IMG/VR virus record: IMGVR_UViG_3300049215_000771
Coordinates: 434,001-498,000 of that record
DNA: 64,000 nt
Reading direction: 5' to 3' (one strand)
Shown here: positions 1 to 9,873 of the stretch, in pieces
Layout: every line of letters starts with the position of its first letter
How positions within the stretch are numbered: the stretch's first letter is position 1
Notes under the pieces: generated by a model
Databases searched by the model: none
Seen by the model: the letters and a program-made list of their open reading frames with translations, nothing else
What the model was told of the DNA's origin: nothing
Position numbers and translations under genes: made by a program

Positions 1-240
1 CCTGTGGTTCTTGTCCCTTTTGTTGCGAGGACGGCCATACTCATCTACGCCGTACTCGTCATCTTCACCACAATTGTTGTCATTGATTTGCGTGTTATCT
101 CCAGCCTGACTGCCGTTCAAAGTTGGGGTCGGCTGAGAAGTGGTGTTTGGAGCAACAGTTTCCTGGATACAACTAATGCAAGAAGTAATCAACAGGAAAA
201 ACAGAACACCGAAAATGATGGAAACGATTAGGTTCCTCAT
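1..240 (-). CDS. Partial small membrane/secreted protein, running off the window edge
   Basis: ATG at 240 preceded by AAGGAGG. Frame is open to position 1, with a hydrophobic N-terminus (MRNLIVSIIFGVLFFLLITSC). Not in the ORF track. Confidence 0.55.
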   Translation of the reverse strand, partial: MRNLIVSIIFGVLFFLLITSCISCIQETVAPNTTSQPTPTLNGSQAGDNTQINDNNCGEDDEYGVDEYGRPRNKRDKNHR

Positions 241-302
241 ATATCCCTCCTTGGGTAGTGTGCGTGCGTACTTGCACGTCTACTGTATATATGCGGCAAC
301 AC

Positions 303-1475
303 TCATTTCTCAATGATCGAGTAGGTGCCCTCCAAGTCCTTGTGTACATTATCCAGGCTGTCGATGATCTCCTGGAAGTCTTCCGGCTTGATAGAACTCT
401 CCTGCGCCAAATTCATAGCTGTAGCAATGATGTTGGCAACCAACTCCTTGATCTCCTGGCCCTTTGTTTCCAACTCCTGGACGTTGTAAGTTTCTTCTTT
501 TTCCTCGTGCTGCTTCGACCGGAAACCAGCCGAGCCAAGTTCATCGAGGTCGTTGAGTGATGTTACAATATCGCACTTTGGATTACGTTTGGTAATTTCA
601 CAACGCTTGCCATCGAACGTCCAGGGGGTAGAAATTTTGTCCTTGTTGACTTCAAATCTATGTGCAACAGTCGGCGAAGGTTCACCCTTGTCAATTTTCA
701 AGAACCAAACTTCATCGTTTGGTAGTTCAATTAGTTTCTGTGTTTGTACAAGGCGGGCGACTGAATTACACTCACGAACGCCATCTTCCCAAATCTTGGG
801 TTCCGACACAAAAAACACCTGGCCCAATGCCTCTCTCATGTCAACAATCCAAAGGGGCCGATGCCTATTGCGGAACAACCACAGCTTCCGGTCGTTGTTG
901 ACCGTGGTGCCCCGCTCGCCAATGGCAACTGCCATGTGGCCATCATTGATGAGAGAGAAGATGTCCCGGATGCCGGCCATCCTGTGGGACTCAACCATGC
1001 TGAATAATTCGCCTAAACTTTGAGGGGTTTGATTTTCAGCGGCTTCTAAGATGCGGAGTAAAATCTCAGAATCACATTCCGACTTGACTTCGTACTTCTG
1101 TTTGAGCGGCCCGTACTCATGGTCCTCGATGCGGCCATTGTGGACTAGGCCGATCATTTTGTCGGTGCTGGTGAAAGGGTGATTGTTCTTGTTGCAAGTA
1201 GGTTCGCCGACGCCTTTGGATGCGCCACGAGCATGTACGAGAAGGAGATTCGGATTGTAGCGAGCTACCTTTCGCCAGGCGTCTTTCTTCACGAATACGC
1301 TCGATTTGCCTGGCTCCTTGTGATAGAGAATCTTGCCACTATCCCCGGACTCGACTCCCCAATACCCGGCAGCGTCTACGCCCCGAATCTCACTCTTCTC
1401 GAACAACTTGGAGATTAGTTGAAATGTAAGTACCGGCTTTTTTGCTTCACCGATAAACCCCGCAATACCACACAT
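303..1475 (-). CDS. Class II (Ntn) glutamine amidotransferase domain protein
   Basis: N-terminal MCGIAG with catalytic Cys2; HARGAS, HNG and DSE motifs of the GATase-II fold. Confidence 0.85.
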   Translation of the reverse strand: MCGIAGFIGEAKKPVLTFQLISKLFEKSEIRGVDAAGYWGVESGDSGKILYHKEPGKSSVFVKKDAWRKVARYNPNLLLVHARGASKGVGEPTCNKNNHPFTSTDKMIGLVHNGRIEDHEYGPLKQKYEVKSECDSEILLRILEAAENQTPQSLGELFSMVESHRMAGIRDIFSLINDGHMAVAIGERGTTVNNDRKLWLFRNRHRPLWIVDMREALGQVFFVSEPKIWEDGVRECNSVARLVQTQKLIELPNDEVWFLKIDKGEPSPTVAHRFEVNKDKISTPWTFDGKRCEITKRNPKCDIVTSLNDLDELGSAGFRSKQHEEKEETYNVQELETKGQEIKELVANIIATAMNLAQESSIKPEDFQEIIDSLDNVHKDLEGTYSIIEK

Positions 1476-2005
1476 TACTCAATCCCATCTTGGTGACTCC
1501 ACAGCACTTCCATGCGTTCTCGGAAGGGTTTGCCGAAAACCTCTTCGATCAGGCTCCAGTCCCGCTTCTCCAACTCCTCGTATTCTTCAATAGTCGGCCC
1601 GATGCGATTTTTCACCGGAAAATGTTCTTCCATGAAAGCCGCCATCTTCTGCCTTTCTTCCTCCGAAGGCGGTCCCGTCCAGTAACGATGACCGGGAACC
1701 ATCGCTTCCTGCTTGGCTTCATCTTTTTCCATCTCCGGGAAAATCTTCAGTGCCAGGCTGTGGTCGATGTAGCGAAGATCATGGAGCAAACCACAAGTAC
1801 AAGGGGCGTACTTGTACATTTCCATCGCACGATGCGTCTCACAATCGCCAAAGTGAACCAGGTGCCCTTCCGGGTAAGCAATCACAGCCCGAAAATAGCG
1901 ATCCCGAATCTGCTCCAGCCTCGACCGCATCTTGTGGATGTTGTAGAGCCAGGGTTTGGCATCGGCTGGGGGTTCGCCGCCGACGCAGTGAAACTCCCGA
2001 TTCAT
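1475..2005 (-). CDS. Hypothetical protein
   Basis: 176-aa ORF tightly coupled to the downstream gene; no motif recognised. Confidence 0.6.
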   Translation of the reverse strand: MNREFHCVGGEPPADAKPWLYNIHKMRSRLEQIRDRYFRAVIAYPEGHLVHFGDCETHRAMEMYKYAPCTCGLLHDLRYIDHSLALKIFPEMEKDEAKQEAMVPGHRYWTGPPSEEERQKMAAFMEEHFPVKNRIGPTIEEYEELEKRDWSLIEEVFGKPFRERMEVLWSHQDGIE

Positions 2006-2014
2006 GGAGACTCC

Positions 2015-2542
2015 TTAGAAGGCTTGTAGCGGCCCGGCATTGCCTCCCAGCGGTGCCTGAGCGTCAGGCGGTGGGCCTCCTGGCGCTGGGGGCGGCGGGC
2101 CGGCTGGCTGCTTCATTGTACCAGGCATTGTATCAGATTTCTTTTTTTCTGGCCCTGCCGTGCCCTTCATTTCTTCCTCACCCTCGGCCTTGTCGTCACC
2201 AGCCAGCTTGTGCAGCGGAACGCCTAGCTTGCCGCTCAATTGCTCTAACTCACTGGCGGCAGAAGAAATAACATTGGGCAGATCATCACGCTCGTCAATA
2301 GCCTTCATGATGGCGACCCCGATCTTCTGGAGATGAATCAGATGTTTCTTCTCCTCACGGGGCCACTGGCTATGCAAAATGCGCCGGATTTGATTGACAA
2401 TTTTCTCCGAGAAGCGGGTCAGGTCACGAGTACCCATGTGTTTGGAGTCGTCTCGCAACTCCTGGGCTGCCGTGAGAATATCACCGATCTTCTGTCCAAG
2501 ATACGCACGTTGTTCAATCAGTAGGAATTCTTTGAACCTCAT
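2015..2542 (-). CDS. Putative internal virion protein with a capsid-targeting-like N-terminus
   Basis: Starts MRFKEFLLIE, resembling T4 internal-protein targeting sequences; Pro/Gly-rich tail; TAAATA 5 nt upstream of the ATG. Confidence 0.5.
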   Translation of the reverse strand: MRFKEFLLIEQRAYLGQKIGDILTAAQELRDDSKHMGTRDLTRFSEKIVNQIRRILHSQWPREEKKHLIHLQKIGVAIMKAIDERDDLPNVISSAASELEQLSGKLGVPLHKLAGDDKAEGEEEMKGTAGPEKKKSDTMPGTMKQPAGPPPPAPGGPPPDAQAPLGGNAGPLQAF

Positions 2543-2546
2543 GCCC

Positions 2547-4175
2547 TTATTTAGAGTTATCTGGCGATATTCTCGTCAAAGCAGCAGCAATCAGCCCACG
2601 AAACAACGGCGCAGCCGCCGTCAGCCGACTTTTGAACTCCGGGTGAGCCTGCGTACCGATGAAATAAGGGTGTAGATTCCTGTCCAATTCCATCATTTCG
2701 ATGAGATCACTGCCTGGGTTTTTCCCACTTACCTTGAAACCTTTCGCCTCGAACTGAGAGATGTATTCCGGGTTGACTTCGTAGCGATGACGATGCCTCT
2801 CCTTCACCAACTTGGTTCCGTACAACTCCATCGCCAAGGAATCTTTCACCAAATCACAATCATAAGCCCCCAGGCGCATGGTGGCAGATTTCTTCTCCAG
2901 ACCCTCCTGGCCCTCTACGAAGTGAATAACAGGGTTCTTGGTGTCCTTGTTGAATTCCAGGCTGTGGGCGTCAACATGCCCCAGCACATTCCTGGCAAAC
3001 TCGATCACGGCGCACTGGAGGCCCAAGCAGATGCCCAGGAAAGGTATTTTCTTCTCTCGGACATACTGAATGGCTTTGATCTTCCCCTCGATGCCCCGAC
3101 TGTCAAAACCTCCGGGAACGATGATGCCATGCAGCCCTTCAAAGTGCTTGGCGAGTCCACGATTGTCTTTGTATTTCTCCAGGTCTTCGGCCTTGATCCA
3201 GCGAACATTCACCTTCACGTCATTGGCAATACCAGCGTGGATCAAAGCCTCCTTCAGCGACATATACGCTTCGTCACAGTTGTCATACTTGCCGAATACG
3301 CCAATCTCAACGCCCTGAAGGTGATTGTTGACGTACTTCTCCACGACTTCCCGGTACTTGTGGATGCTGCACCGGGAACGATTCAGGCGAAACAAATCAA
3401 CAAACATATCATCAACTTGACGTTCGTAGAAGCAAATAGGGACTTGGTAGATCGAGGAAACGTCGGGAGCGTCAAAAACTTGGGTTCGGGGCACGTTGGT
3501 CGTTCGAGACACTTTGTCGATGATTTTTTCCGGTAGCTGGCGGTCCACTCGGCAGAAAATCACATCGGGTTGAAGGCCGTGCCGTTGAAGTTCCTTGACG
3601 GAATTTTGCAAGGGCTTTGTCTTGAACTCCTTGATGGTATTCACCCACAAAATGGGAGCCACCAAAGCAACAAGAACATCGTCCCGGTACTCACCCTTGA
3701 ACTGCCTCATGGCCTCGTAGAAGGCGAAAGACTCACTATCGCCTACCGTCCCGCCAATCTCGGCGATGACTATATCGTTGGATTTTCCCAACTCCAGAAG
3801 CCGGTCCTGAATTTTGTCTGTCAGATGCGGCATGAGTTGGACGGTCTGGCCCAGGAACTTGCCCTTCTCCTGCTCGTCGATCAGTTCCTTGTACAATGTG
3901 CCAGACGTGGCGATATTGTCTTTTGACACAGTGATGCCACAGATGCGCTCGTAGTGGCCCAGGTCCAGGTCTGTTTCTGTACCATCATCGCACAAGAAAC
4001 ACTCGCCATGCTCACGAGGGGCGAGAATGCCGGCATTGACATTGAGGTAGGGGTCGAACTTGATGATGGTGACAGTGTGCCCACGCAGCTTGAGCAGCAA
4101 CCCAAGGCTTGCAGCCGAGACTCCTTTCCCTGTTCCACTGATTACACCGCCAGCCACAATGACGAATTTTGCCAT
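2547..4175 (-). CDS. pyrG: CTP synthase
   Basis: GGVISGTGKG, KFDPYLNV, GICLGLQ (catalytic Cys), RHRHRYEVN and QAHPEF motifs. Start taken at MAKF (4175). Confidence 0.97.
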   Translation of the reverse strand: MAKFVIVAGGVISGTGKGVSAASLGLLLKLRGHTVTIIKFDPYLNVNAGILAPREHGECFLCDDGTETDLDLGHYERICGITVSKDNIATSGTLYKELIDEQEKGKFLGQTVQLMPHLTDKIQDRLLELGKSNDIVIAEIGGTVGDSESFAFYEAMRQFKGEYRDDVLVALVAPILWVNTIKEFKTKPLQNSVKELQRHGLQPDVIFCRVDRQLPEKIIDKVSRTTNVPRTQVFDAPDVSSIYQVPICFYERQVDDMFVDLFRLNRSRCSIHKYREVVEKYVNNHLQGVEIGVFGKYDNCDEAYMSLKEALIHAGIANDVKVNVRWIKAEDLEKYKDNRGLAKHFEGLHGIIVPGGFDSRGIEGKIKAIQYVREKKIPFLGICLGLQCAVIEFARNVLGHVDAHSLEFNKDTKNPVIHFVEGQEGLEKKSATMRLGAYDCDLVKDSLAMELYGTKLVKERHRHRYEVNPEYISQFEAKGFKVSGKNPGSDLIEMMELDRNLHPYFIGTQAHPEFKSRLTAAAPLFRGLIAAALTRISPDNSK

Positions 4176-4250
4176 GACATTCCCGCTTTCTTCACACAAT
4201 AGATAAGTAATATCCTACCGTATTTAGGGTGAACCCGCCAGGTGTGAAAA

Positions 4251-4285
4251 GGAAAACGGCGGGTCTAAAAACCCGCCGTTTTTCC
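4251..4285 (-). terminator. Intrinsic terminator hairpin after nrdA
   Basis: GGAAAACGGCGGGT-CTAAAA-ACCCGCCGTTTTTCC inverted repeat with T-runs. Confidence 0.8.
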
Positions 4286-4331
4286 TTATAGAAACGCCTC
4301 CGCAGGCCCGCTGGCAATACAACGAAGGACG

Positions 4332-5975
4332 TTAGCTTTCACAATTAGTACAAGCCAGGATGTTGCGACTAAATGCCTGTGCAGCATTGATGGAAATCTG
4401 GTAGTACAACGACTTGATTCCCATTTGCCACGCTTCGATGATGAGCGCATTCACATCCTTGATGGGAATCGAGGGATGAATCATCAAGTTGAGTGACTGC
4501 GATTGGTCAATGTACTTCTGCCGGCTTGCCGCCTGCATAATGACTTCCTTCGGGCTGATCTCGGCGAAGGTTTTGAACACATTCTTCTCCAACCCGGAAA
4601 GAAAATCCAGATGTTGAACGCTTCCTCCGTGTTTCAGAATGTCGGCCCACACTTCATCCGTGTTCTTTCCTTTCGCTTCAAGAACCTGCTCCAGATGCGG
4701 ATTTTTGACGGTCCACTTCCCCTTCTGCAAATCCTTGATGAAATAATTGGTTTTGTGTGGCTCGATACCTTCCGACACCTGCCCCAAAATAAAAGCCGAC
4801 GACTTGGTGGGCGCAATGGCAAGCAACGTGGTGTTACGCCGACCATATCCCTTCAGGACTTCTGGTTCGCCATATTCCTCGGCCATCTTCGCAGAAGCGG
4901 CGTAAGCCCTCTCCTTGATGTTCTTGGCGACTTCGACGTTGATCTGTTTCGCCTCCAGGCTCTCGAAGGCGATCATCTTGCTTTGAAGGTAGCTGTGCCA
5001 ACCAATCCAGCCAATACCGAGCGCACGGTGACGCTGGGCGAACTTGACAGCCCGCTTCATGAACCCGATCTTGCTGGCTTTCTGGATGAATTCCGTCATC
5101 ACAGCATCCAGGAAGTAAGTCAGCAACTCGACGGCGTTGGTATCTTTCCACTCGTCATACCGGAAGATATTCATGCTCGACAAATCACACACGAAGGACT
5201 CGTCACACGAGTCAGGAAGCATGATCTCGCTGCACAAATTCGAGTGCGAGATTCGCATCTTCTTGTTCTTGTAGCAGTCCACCGTGTTGTTGTTCGCATT
5301 GTCGCCGAACATGATGTACGGGAAGCCGATGTTGGCCCGGCATTCAAGTACCTTGGCCCATACTTTCCGCTTCTCGGCGTCCCCAGCAATCATCTCCTTC
5401 ATCCACCAGTCGGGCACGACCACCCCAAAAGACAAATCTTGAATGGGATTGCCCTCGCTCCGCATGGCGAGGAATTCCATGATGTCTTTGTGGTCGATGT
5501 CCAGGTAAGCGGCGAAATTGCCACGTCGGGTCCGACCCTGGGACACCACGTTGATGAGAAGGTCGAACAACTGCATGAAGTGAACACTGCCAGATGACTC
5601 GCCATTACGACGAATCTTAGAACCACGCCCACGCAGGTTGCCGAAGTAGCCAGACGTACCGCCGCCGTGCTTCGTCATCATCATGACTTCGGCGTGCGTG
5701 TAGGCAATGTCTTCGGTGTCATCAGCCATGTAGCTGCCGAAACACGAGATCGGCAGGCCACGGTCATTGCCAAAGTTCGTCCAGATGGGCGTACTGAGGC
5801 TGTACCAACCTTTCTGAATGTTTTCCTTGAACGCCTGGGCAAAACCAGGTTTGTTGAGAAGTTTTTCTGCTGCCCCGCAGATTTCATTTACCCGTTCATC
5901 GACGGTCTGCCCGTCCAAGTAGTCCCTTTCGAGAAACTGCTGAGACGCTTCTGTTAGCCATGTGTAACCTGTCAT
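4332..5975 (-). CDS. nrdA: Ribonucleotide reductase class Ia alpha subunit (short, no ATP cone)
   Basis: PISCF, SNLCSEI, APTKSSAFI, SQSLNL and KSLYY motifs. Confidence 0.95.
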   Translation of the reverse strand: MTGYTWLTEASQQFLERDYLDGQTVDERVNEICGAAEKLLNKPGFAQAFKENIQKGWYSLSTPIWTNFGNDRGLPISCFGSYMADDTEDIAYTHAEVMMMTKHGGGTSGYFGNLRGRGSKIRRNGESSGSVHFMQLFDLLINVVSQGRTRRGNFAAYLDIDHKDIMEFLAMRSEGNPIQDLSFGVVVPDWWMKEMIAGDAEKRKVWAKVLECRANIGFPYIMFGDNANNNTVDCYKNKKMRISHSNLCSEIMLPDSCDESFVCDLSSMNIFRYDEWKDTNAVELLTYFLDAVMTEFIQKASKIGFMKRAVKFAQRHRALGIGWIGWHSYLQSKMIAFESLEAKQINVEVAKNIKERAYAASAKMAEEYGEPEVLKGYGRRNTTLLAIAPTKSSAFILGQVSEGIEPHKTNYFIKDLQKGKWTVKNPHLEQVLEAKGKNTDEVWADILKHGGSVQHLDFLSGLEKNVFKTFAEISPKEVIMQAASRQKYIDQSQSLNLMIHPSIPIKDVNALIIEAWQMGIKSLYYQISINAAQAFSRNILACTNCES

Positions 5976-6949
5976 TAGAAAATATCCTCCGCTTTGATCG
6001 CTTGCACTTTCTTGGAATATGTAACTGGCTTCTTATGGAAGAAGTCAGTGTTGACTTCGGCGTAGATTTCGTCCTCAAACCACTTCACCGACTTCAACTT
6101 CTCGACATCCACATCGAAAACTTTGGTGCCGCCGATCATAGTGAGGCTATCATTGAACCTGTTCTTCACGAATTCCACCACGACATCCTTTGGCAAGAAC
6201 TCCAATTCGCCCGCCTCGAATATCCAGTCAATGATCCGGCATTCGGCGTCGAAGGCTTTCTTGCACGCACGGTACAACTTGGCGTAGAAATCGTCGTTGA
6301 ACCACTCAGGGAATTCTTTCTGAATCTGCTTGATGACATACATGCCGAACAGCGCATGGATGACTTCTTCCTTCTGCGTGGCCTGCACCACGTTGTCAAT
6401 GTCCTTCAACGCATTCATGTGCTTGTTGAAAGATTTGATGACAAGGAACTGAGAAAACAAACTGACGTTCTCAATGAAAATAGAAAACAACGTCAGTGTC
6501 AGGGTGTATGCTTCGTTGCTGTTGTCGGATGCCCCCTTCAGATATTTCTGAAGGTAATCCACTCGACCTTGAATCCACTCGTTCTCCAACAAATCGTTGA
6601 AATCGTCGTTCAGGCCCAAAACCTGAAGCAAGTGCGAGTAAGCGTCCGAGTGGCGCACTTCCGATTCGCCAAATGTCACGCCCACCTGCTCGAACTCGGC
6701 CTTTGGGAACCTGTCCCCCAGCTTCGTCCAGAACTTCTTGACGGAAACTTCGATCTGTGAAATTGCCAACATAGCGTTCTTGATGGCGCTTTGCTGGACT
6801 TTGTTCAACTTCACATGAAAATCATGGATGTCGGACGTGAAATTCCATTCACTCACCAGCCAATAGCTGTGATTGATTGCGTTCTTGTACTCCAAGATGT
6901 CAGGGTACTCGAAGGGTTTGAACGCAACCCTCTTGTCAAAAATGCTCAT
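5975..6949 (-). CDS. nrdB: Ribonucleotide reductase class I beta subunit
   Basis: ESEVRHSDAY (E-x-x-H plus radical Tyr), ENVSLFSQF and EEVIHA di-metal ligands; directly upstream of nrdA. Confidence 0.95.
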   Translation of the reverse strand: MSIFDKRVAFKPFEYPDILEYKNAINHSYWLVSEWNFTSDIHDFHVKLNKVQQSAIKNAMLAISQIEVSVKKFWTKLGDRFPKAEFEQVGVTFGESEVRHSDAYSHLLQVLGLNDDFNDLLENEWIQGRVDYLQKYLKGASDNSNEAYTLTLTLFSIFIENVSLFSQFLVIKSFNKHMNALKDIDNVVQATQKEEVIHALFGMYVIKQIQKEFPEWFNDDFYAKLYRACKKAFDAECRIIDWIFEAGELEFLPKDVVVEFVKNRFNDSLTMIGGTKVFDVDVEKLKSVKWFEDEIYAEVNTDFFHKKPVTYSKKVQAIKAEDIF

Positions 6950-7044
6950 TCGTCTCCCTTACCTTCTGTTTGCTGGGGGAGTATCTAACACTTATGAGCC
7001 GAGATTTTCGGCTATTACTTCTGCCGCCTGGTGAGAGAAAGCTA

Positions 7045-9069
7045 TTAGTTCACCAGCTTGGTAATTCCCTGCTCGTGACGCAAGCTAAGTGTGTCCGCCC
7101 CATTCAACATGCGGATCAAATCCGGGTCATGCGTGGTGACAAAAACCTGTTTTTCTTCGGCCAACTCGCCAATCATGTTGTAGATTCCCTGCACTCCCAG
7201 GGGGTCTATATTCGTAGTCACTTCGTCCAGGAAAACAAGTGAGGGTACGTTCCCCGTAGTAGTCATCATAATGTTGGCAAACGCCTGCGAAACCGCCAGG
7301 TTGATGCGCCGCCGTTGACCAGCAGACATGGCATGATAGACATAAGGATCACCATCAGGCGGATTCCGCTCGATGACTTCGTTCAACTGGTTGTCGAACT
7401 GAATGGTAATCTTGTTGTCAATGAGAAACTGCAACCAATATGCGATACGGCTGTTCAGTGATGGGATAATTCCATCAATGACCCACTTCCTGATGCCATT
7501 ATCGCCATTGGCAGTCATCCAGTAGACATAGTAGGGAATCAGCTTCTCGGCGTTTTTAACCTCAATTTCCTTGTTGGCACAGATGTTCGTAACCTTCTCC
7601 AATTCGGCCCGGTCATTGGTAAGAATGTCCACGAACGGACTTGGCCCTTCTGCCTCGGCTTTCTTCTGCTTGGCTCGTTCCTTCAACTCCTCGATTTGTT
7701 GTTGAAGGAGCAGTTCGGCGCTGTCGGCCTTTGGTTCCCGCACCTGGGAAGCGGCAACCAATTCACTACGAAGTTTTCGCAGTTGGTTCTCGCCATCAGC
7801 GACTTTCGCCTCGCCATCCGAGATAAGCTGCTTGATTTTTTCCTGTTTTGCTTTGATTGGGACAATGCGAGCCTCGAAATCCTTCATCTTGGTCATTTCG
7901 GCGTTGATAAACGTCGTGAACTCGTCGATTTCTCTGCCGGCATCTTTGCAAACGTGTTCGTAATTGGCCTCGTCGATGACGCCATAGCACTGCTCGCAGC
8001 GTGCCCCCTGTTGCTTGTTGTTCAGGTTTTTGACGAAGTGCTTCCTGTCCTTAATCCGCTCCTGGTATTCCTTGATGAGTCGCTGGGATTGATTGAATTC
8101 GTCCGTCAGGGTCCGAGCTTCTTCTCGAATCGCTGCTTCCCTGTTGGCGGCTTCGCTCAGGGCACGCTTACGATCCTCCTGGCGGGCCTCCAGAGCCTCG
8201 ATCTTGGGTGTAAGGGTCTGGATGTCGTCCTGAGCCTTCTGGTACGCCAGGAGAGCCATTCCTGTGTCCGTAGACTTGAGTTCCTTGGTCTTCAGCTTGA
8301 CCAATTCCACCATCTTGGCAGCTTCGGTCAGTTTGGTCTGGACCCAATCTTTCTCCTTCTGGATGGTCTGCTCCAGCCGGCGTTGCGCATCCTGCTTAGT
8401 GCCCATCAAAATCTCGAACTCACGGGCGAGTGTGGCGATGTTAATCTTCAGTTCTTTCAACTCGTTTTTGGCTGTCTCGTGACGGCCCCTGTAGACCCCA
8501 AGGGACAGAAGATTCTCGACAATCTCACGCTTGGCTTTGGCGTCACATTCCAGGAAACAAGAAGATTGGTCGTCAGTGAAAACGCAGATGTTGACAAAGG
8601 CTTCGTAGGAAAGCCCAATGATTTCCTCGATCTTCTTCTGCGTGATCCGCATGTCGCCCAGGGTCAACTCAGTGGAATCGTTCCACTCATGCTTCTCGCT
8701 TTCCCACAGGCGCAGGTAATTGGGCTTCCGGCCCCGCTCAATGCGGTATTTGTCAACAATAATCGCAGTACGGCAGTTCTTCCCCATCAAGTTATGGATT
8801 ACATCGTCCACCTTGATCTTGCTGGGTGCCTTGATGGTCTTGCCGTACAAAGTCCAACACAGAATCTCCTGCAAGGTACTTTTGCCAGTACCATTGCTGG
8901 AGATTTTCACTTCGTCGGATGGGAGATTGTTGTCTATGGGCTTTACATCCAGATTTTCGCCTTTGACGAATATGATGTTGCCCAGCTTATCGAAAAACAA
9001 CTCGATGCCTTGTGGCCCAAAAGGAATGAAGTTCCAGGCACCGGCGTAATAGAATTTGAGTGTTCGCAT
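7045..9069 (-). CDS. SbcC/Rad50-like (T4 gp46-like) recombination ATPase
   Basis: Walker A NGTGKST, long coiled coil with CEQC zinc hook, signature MSAGQ, Walker B LVFLDE, H-loop TTH. Confidence 0.92.
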   Translation of the reverse strand: MRTLKFYYAGAWNFIPFGPQGIELFFDKLGNIIFVKGENLDVKPIDNNLPSDEVKISSNGTGKSTLQEILCWTLYGKTIKAPSKIKVDDVIHNLMGKNCRTAIIVDKYRIERGRKPNYLRLWESEKHEWNDSTELTLGDMRITQKKIEEIIGLSYEAFVNICVFTDDQSSCFLECDAKAKREIVENLLSLGVYRGRHETAKNELKELKINIATLAREFEILMGTKQDAQRRLEQTIQKEKDWVQTKLTEAAKMVELVKLKTKELKSTDTGMALLAYQKAQDDIQTLTPKIEALEARQEDRKRALSEAANREAAIREEARTLTDEFNQSQRLIKEYQERIKDRKHFVKNLNNKQQGARCEQCYGVIDEANYEHVCKDAGREIDEFTTFINAEMTKMKDFEARIVPIKAKQEKIKQLISDGEAKVADGENQLRKLRSELVAASQVREPKADSAELLLQQQIEELKERAKQKKAEAEGPSPFVDILTNDRAELEKVTNICANKEIEVKNAEKLIPYYVYWMTANGDNGIRKWVIDGIIPSLNSRIAYWLQFLIDNKITIQFDNQLNEVIERNPPDGDPYVYHAMSAGQRRRINLAVSQAFANIMMTTTGNVPSLVFLDEVTTNIDPLGVQGIYNMIGELAEEKQVFVTTHDPDLIRMLNGADTLSLRHEQGITKLVN

Positions 9070-9126
9070 GACGAGAGTATATACCCCGCCAGCCTATTCA
9101 GCAATATCGACCGGCTGCGAAAATAT

Positions 9127-9867
9127 CTACTCTGGCTTTACAGCCTCAACATGATGAACTCGCTTCAAGAAACTGTGCGTGACCCCCTTGGTCATTGTTG
9201 AATGCCAACGACTGTACAATCCGGGTTGCTGCTCCGCAAAGAAGAAAGATTTGGCTTCAGGCATTGTCTTGTAGATTCCTGTTGGGTGTACAACCCGAAC
9301 AGGTTTACCTTTGTAGGCCAGTTTGCCTTCAATATGACGAAGGGAAGGGAGGGCTGTGAAATTCCAGGTATTGTCCTGAACCGACACCATCTTTGGGAAG
9401 TGAGTGATGAATGCACCGACAATATCTTGGGGCTGAGTGCCAGGACTGAGATTATTCACTGCTTCATAGAACTGAACGAAGAACTTCCACAAATGTTGTG
9501 GACCGCCAACCATGCCGGCGTCCAGGTTCTCCGTGAACACCATCTTCTTCTCAGCAGCCTGGAACAAAGTGTAGACATTATCTTGGAAGTAGGAATCGCC
9601 GTCCCAATAGACAAATGTGCCATCATGATGGTATTCGCTGATAGCTTTCCAGGTAAGATAACGAATATCACCTTCCCCGGAGGCAGGGATCAAAATAACG
9701 TGTTCATCGAGCAGTTTTTTCTCGGCAACAGGCGGCAGCGGCCCGTCATGAACCAATATCAGCCTGCTAGAATCACCGGCAAATTCCTTCCAAGAAGCGA
9801 AGAAAGATACACCCGAAGCATTCCAATATGCTGGGGTGTATCCCGTAACAGTGTATATAAAACCCAT
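9127..9867 (-). CDS. Putative glycosyltransferase-like protein (GT-A, DxD)
   Basis: FVYWDGDSYF DxD motif, WN motif and VVHPTG; family uncertain. Confidence 0.45.
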   Translation of the reverse strand: MGFIYTVTGYTPAYWNASGVSFFASWKEFAGDSSRLILVHDGPLPPVAEKKLLDEHVILIPASGEGDIRYLTWKAISEYHHDGTFVYWDGDSYFQDNVYTLFQAAEKKMVFTENLDAGMVGGPQHLWKFFVQFYEAVNNLSPGTQPQDIVGAFITHFPKMVSVQDNTWNFTALPSLRHIEGKLAYKGKPVRVVHPTGIYKTMPEAKSFFFAEQQPGLYSRWHSTMTKGVTHSFLKRVHHVEAVKPE

Positions 9868-9873
9868 ATTACC

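Noticed and set aside
9069-9129. Read-through fusion of the GT-like ORF into the SbcC-like gene (same frame)
   Set aside because: A second in-frame TAG intervenes, and a TATACT promoter-like box sits just before the SbcC ATG.
7696-9201. Long plus-strand ORFs (also 4503-5597, 32610-33851, 36483-37580, 55796-57502)
   Set aside because: Antisense shadows of well-supported minus-strand genes; no motifs or RBS.
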